The translations under genes and the position numbers were made by a program. Below are positions 59,936 to 64,000 of a stretch of DNA of 64,000 nucleotides, in pieces (position 1 is the first letter of the stretch; every line of letters starts with the position of its first letter). The notes under the pieces are model-generated. The model was given only the letters and a program-made list of their open reading frames with translations, had not been told where the DNA came from and did not search any database. The DNA is from Glycera tridactyla. Its lineage: Eukaryota. The stretch spans positions 136,338,001 through 136,402,000 of the forward strand of contig OZ286459.1 of NCBI GenBank assembly GCA_965644265.1, given 5' to 3'.

Positions 59936-62900
59936 GATTCTAAGTTTGACAGAGTTCCTGACGATATGTGTGGTGATCCAAGGAAGAGTGATGTGGTGTC
60001 ATCAACTGGAGAAAAGGACAGTCTTCAAAAGCCAGGTGATGAACTTGTTACTCGGACTGCAACAGAAGAGGTACAATCTGAATCATCTGCACAAAGATCA
60101 ACGACCCTTTACATTGATGAAGACTCTCAGACTGATAACAAACATTCTGCTTCAAAACGCCCATCCGAATTGGTTTACCAGTCATCAGAAGAATCACCCC
60201 CAGTCCACGATTTATCCTCCCCAGGTTTTGAAAGCATGTCTATACCAGAAGCAATTGAAGCTGGTTATGTGGAAACACAGACAGGGTTGTTTAGGGATCC
60301 AGTTTCAGGTCAACAAATTTCCCTCTGGAATGCTATCAAGAGTGGACTGCTCAACAATAAAGGTACTGGGTTTGTTGTTGGTGATGATGTAATGACAATG
60401 CAGGCTGCAATAGAAAAAGGTCTGTTTGATGTAGACAGCGGAGTTTTCACTGGTCGACCATTCAAACCAGGCTTTACACTTGAAGATTGCGTTAGGGAAG
60501 GCAGAGTAGTGCCAGTGAGTGTTCTTCCAACATTGACTGAACTTGCTGCATCTGGCCTGTATGACATAGAGACTGGGGTTGTCACTGATACTGACACAGG
60601 GAAGACTTGCACTCTGCAAAAAGCCATTGAGCGTGGGCTTATCGACCGTAATTCAGTAATGGTGGATGACCCAAATACTGGTGAACAGCTCTCCCTAACA
60701 GAGGCATGTGAACGGGGCATAATGGATCCAGAAGATGGCATGTTGACTGATCGATCTAGTGGCAAAGATATGTCTTTTGTGGATGCTGTGAAGAAAGGTT
60801 TATTAGCTGCAGTTGCTGCACCTATCCTAGGCCCAGTTTATTTGGCGAAACTTGCCAAAGACATCATTGATAGTGATTCAGGCAAGATGAAAGACCCCAA
60901 AACCGGTAAAGAAACTACATTCCAGGATGCACTTCTATCAGGGGCCATTGATTCCTCGAGACTGGTCATTATTGATCCCTCCACAAATAAACCTATCAGC
61001 CTTGAAGATGGAGTGAAAACTGGACTTATCGATCCACTGTCTGGAGTGGTCCACTGTCCATCTGGTGATATATCATTTAAAGATGCAATGGCCAAACATA
61101 TTATTGCCACGCATGACCTAGTTTCATCTCCTGCAGGCAGGAAAGATGAAGATAAGCTGATAATTACAAGTGCCACACTGTATACTGACCCAATCACTGG
61201 TAAATCAATGCCTCTTCAAGAAGCAATCAAAGCTGGTTACGTTGATCCAGATCAGGGTCTCATTCTTGATCCAAATACTGGCAAGATGGTTTCAGTTTCC
61301 GAAGCCATTAACAAAGGTATGATCAACCCAAGATATACTCCCAATAGACAGCAAGACTCCACAACCAGCCCTCAGATAGTACCAGTGCCTCTCCCAGATG
61401 GGGATGAATCTCATTGGTTAGAATCTCATAAGTTTGATAAGGCTATCTCAGCAAGGTCCATTTTCATGGACCCTAGTGATTATAATCTTGTATATAAACA
61501 TCCCAAAACTGGAGCTGACATGACTGTTGATGATGCCATTGCTAATGGGTTCATTGATATGATAAATGGCACCATATATGATCCAGATAGTGAGAAGATG
61601 ATTCTATTCAATGATGATGCCAAGATGAGACTCTTGATGAAATCTCCACTAGCAACCTTTGCGGATCAGTTTGATTCAACCGATTTCTACCCTGACCCCA
61701 GGACAGGCAAGCTTTTGACTATACAAGAGGCCACCATAGCTGGGTACATCGATCCAACTAATGGTCTGATATTTGACCCCGAGATGGGCAGCTTAGTTTT
61801 AGTTGACAATGAATCAATCCAGAAACTAATGAGAAAAAAGACAGGAGAGGCAAGTGAGACAGATGAGACCGATAAATCAACAGAAGGCCAGGAGGATTCC
61901 AAAATATATTCCCTCCTTCAGATCATTGATGATGGTTATTATCATGCTGAAAGTGGGCTACTGACTAATCCTATCACTCAGGAAAGCATGACCTTACGAC
62001 AGGCTGTAGAAGAGAAACTGGTAGACCCTGATTCTGTCGTCGTGAATGATCCAGTGTCAGCTGAGGTCCTTAGCTTGCATGATGCAGTTCGGGAGGGGAT
62101 AGTTGATGCCAAGTCCAGCAAAGTTGTAGATAAGTCGAATGAAGATCAAATTCCCCTGAACAAGGCATTTGACAGAGGTATCATTATACCAAGACCAATG
62201 CCTATTGGAACAGCACTGAATATTGGCCTGTTTAATGAAGCAACATCCAAATTCCTTGATCCTGTCTGCCGCTTGTTCTTGACTGTAGGTGAAGCAATTG
62301 AACAGGGTTTATTAGATCCACAGTCCACAATAGCAGATCCATCATCTGGAGATGTCATGACCCTAGCCACAGCCACTGCATGTGGTGTCCTTGATGCCAA
62401 ACAGGGAAATTTAGTTAATGTCCACACAGGTGAAATATTTAGCCTCAAAGAAGCTGTGACTGGCCTGAAGAGAAAGCAGCCACGCTCCATGGTACCAGAT
62501 ATTGTTGGGATCTTCAAGCCAGATATTCACACCTATGTTGATCCTCTGACCATGAAGGCGGTACCAGTGCCTGAAGCCCTGCGTACTGGTCTCATTCAGC
62601 CTACAGCGTACATGAGAGATCCTGAATCTGGTACCAGAATGACCATTGCAAAGGCAATTGAAGATGGTATTCTTGATCCTCAGACTGGTGGGGTGCGGGA
62701 TAGAATATCAGGTCGTAGAATTAGTGTGGTGGACACACTTGCAGACAGCCCGAAGGACCTCATGGCAGCTGTTCAATCTGGTCTGTATCAACCAGATAAG
62801 AACACAGTGACTGATCCCATGACCAGGGATGAAATCAGTCTAGAAGAGGCTATACAGCGTGGTATAATTGATGAGAAGTCATTGATTACGGACCCAAGTA

Positions 62901-64000
62901 CAGGTATGAAGATGCAACTGAAAATTGCCCTTGAAAAAGGCATCATTAATCCCCTGTCGGGACAGTTCAGAACTGCATTTGGGCAGCTGATTCCTCTTAC
63001 TGAATTCTTTTCTGAACAAAGGGACAAACCAGTTTTGGGCAAATTAGTCACAGGGAATGAAAATTATAGAAGTGATATGAAAGCATTATTCAGGCCTGAC
63101 ACCAATACCTACATTGACCCAGCTTCCAATGTGGAGATGTCAGTTGGGGAAGCATTACAGAAAGAGGTTATTGATACCTCTGCCTACATTTTAGATCCTG
63201 CAACTGGTGACCGAATAACAATAGCAGAAGCACTGCAAGATGGCATAATTAATCCTGAAACTGGAAGTGTTGTCAATGTGAAGACTGGAAAGAGTATGAC
63301 TTTGGGTGAAGCGCTGTCAGGGGAACCAATCGATCTGTTTGATGCAATCCAGAATGGCACATTTGAAGCAAAAACGAACACTGTGATAGATCCAATGACA
63401 AATGAAACCATCTCATTGAAAGAGGCATTTGAACGTGGTGTCTTGGATGAACATTCCTATATCGAGGATCCATCAAGTGGGAAATTGATCACTATCCGTG
63501 ATGCTGTCAATCAGGGAGTTGTTGATCTTGATACAGGACGCGTGATTAACACTGATACAGGGGACTTTCTCCCCATTGCGTCTGCTGTGAGACAAGTCAA
63601 ATCCATTACACCTGATGTCAGTGATCTGTTCACTCCAGATAATATGTTTCTCGACCCCCACACTCAGACAAAGATATCTATCAAGGAAGCATTGGAATCT
63701 GGATTACTTAGCACCAACATTGTTGTTGCTGATCCAGCCACAGGAATGAGAATGACACTTGGTGATGCCATAAAGGAAGGCAAACTTGATCCAACTACAG
63801 GTGATATGATTGATATAAAGACAGGAAAGTACCATAGTCTCAGCAGTATTATAGCTGATGGGGCCCATGATTTGTCAGAAGCCATACAATCTGGACTGTT
63901 TGATCCTCGAACAAATATTGTGATTGACCCCGTGACTAGTGAGGAGATCAGTCTTCAACAGGCTATCAAACGAGGAATCATTGATAATCAGTCCATGATA
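59936..64000 (+). CDS. shot: Giant exon 2 (at least 4,065 nt, at least 1,355 aa, runs off window): more plectin/plakin repeats
   Basis: Acceptor ttactttgcag|GAT, phase 0. Hand translation of long stretches gave no stop (DSKFDRVPDD...MSIPEAIEAGYVETQTGLFRDPVSG...SLQQAIKRGIIDNQSMI). Missing from the ORF track, presumably because there is no stop inside the window. Confidence 0.93.

Noticed and set aside
48764-63885. Numerous short antisense and off-frame ORFs over the giant exons
   Set aside because: They are shadows of the long sense frame, and none resembles a protein family I recognise.

Overview
Eukaryotic (animal) genomic DNA, not prokaryotic. The whole 64 kb lies inside one + strand gene, a spectraplakin (Short stop / MACF1 / dystonin family). 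I can chain 21 coding exons with GT-AG ends and matching phases. Nineteen small exons (<1 to 46935) encode the plakin domain (spectrin repeats plus the SH3 insertion). They are followed by an 11,412-nt exon (48375-59786, 3,804 aa) and a second giant exon (59936 to >64000, at least 1,355 aa, absent from the ORF track because it has no stop in the window). Both giant exons are built from plectin/plakin repeats. The introns hold many short DNA-transposon derivatives: pogo/Tc1-like MITEs with TA target duplications (TSDs), a Harbinger MITE, a hAT-like MITE with a 6-bp TSD, a piggyBac-type element, a nested CpG-rich element and a Helentron-type HINE carrying a 145-bp satellite. There are also two minisatellites and four assembly gaps. 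The repeat style suggests a marine invertebrate, possibly a lophotrochozoan (inference only). The best novel candidate is an intronic alternative first exon (14274-14426) encoding an acidic N-terminus, a 21-aa transmembrane-like helix and CRRRRR, which splices in frame into the plakin domain and would give a membrane-anchored spectraplakin lacking the actin-binding domain. Two proline-kinked hydrophobic motifs in the giant exons and several candidate micro/terminal exons at the end of the plakin domain are further possible membrane or lipid links. All coordinates were read by hand and no database searches were run.
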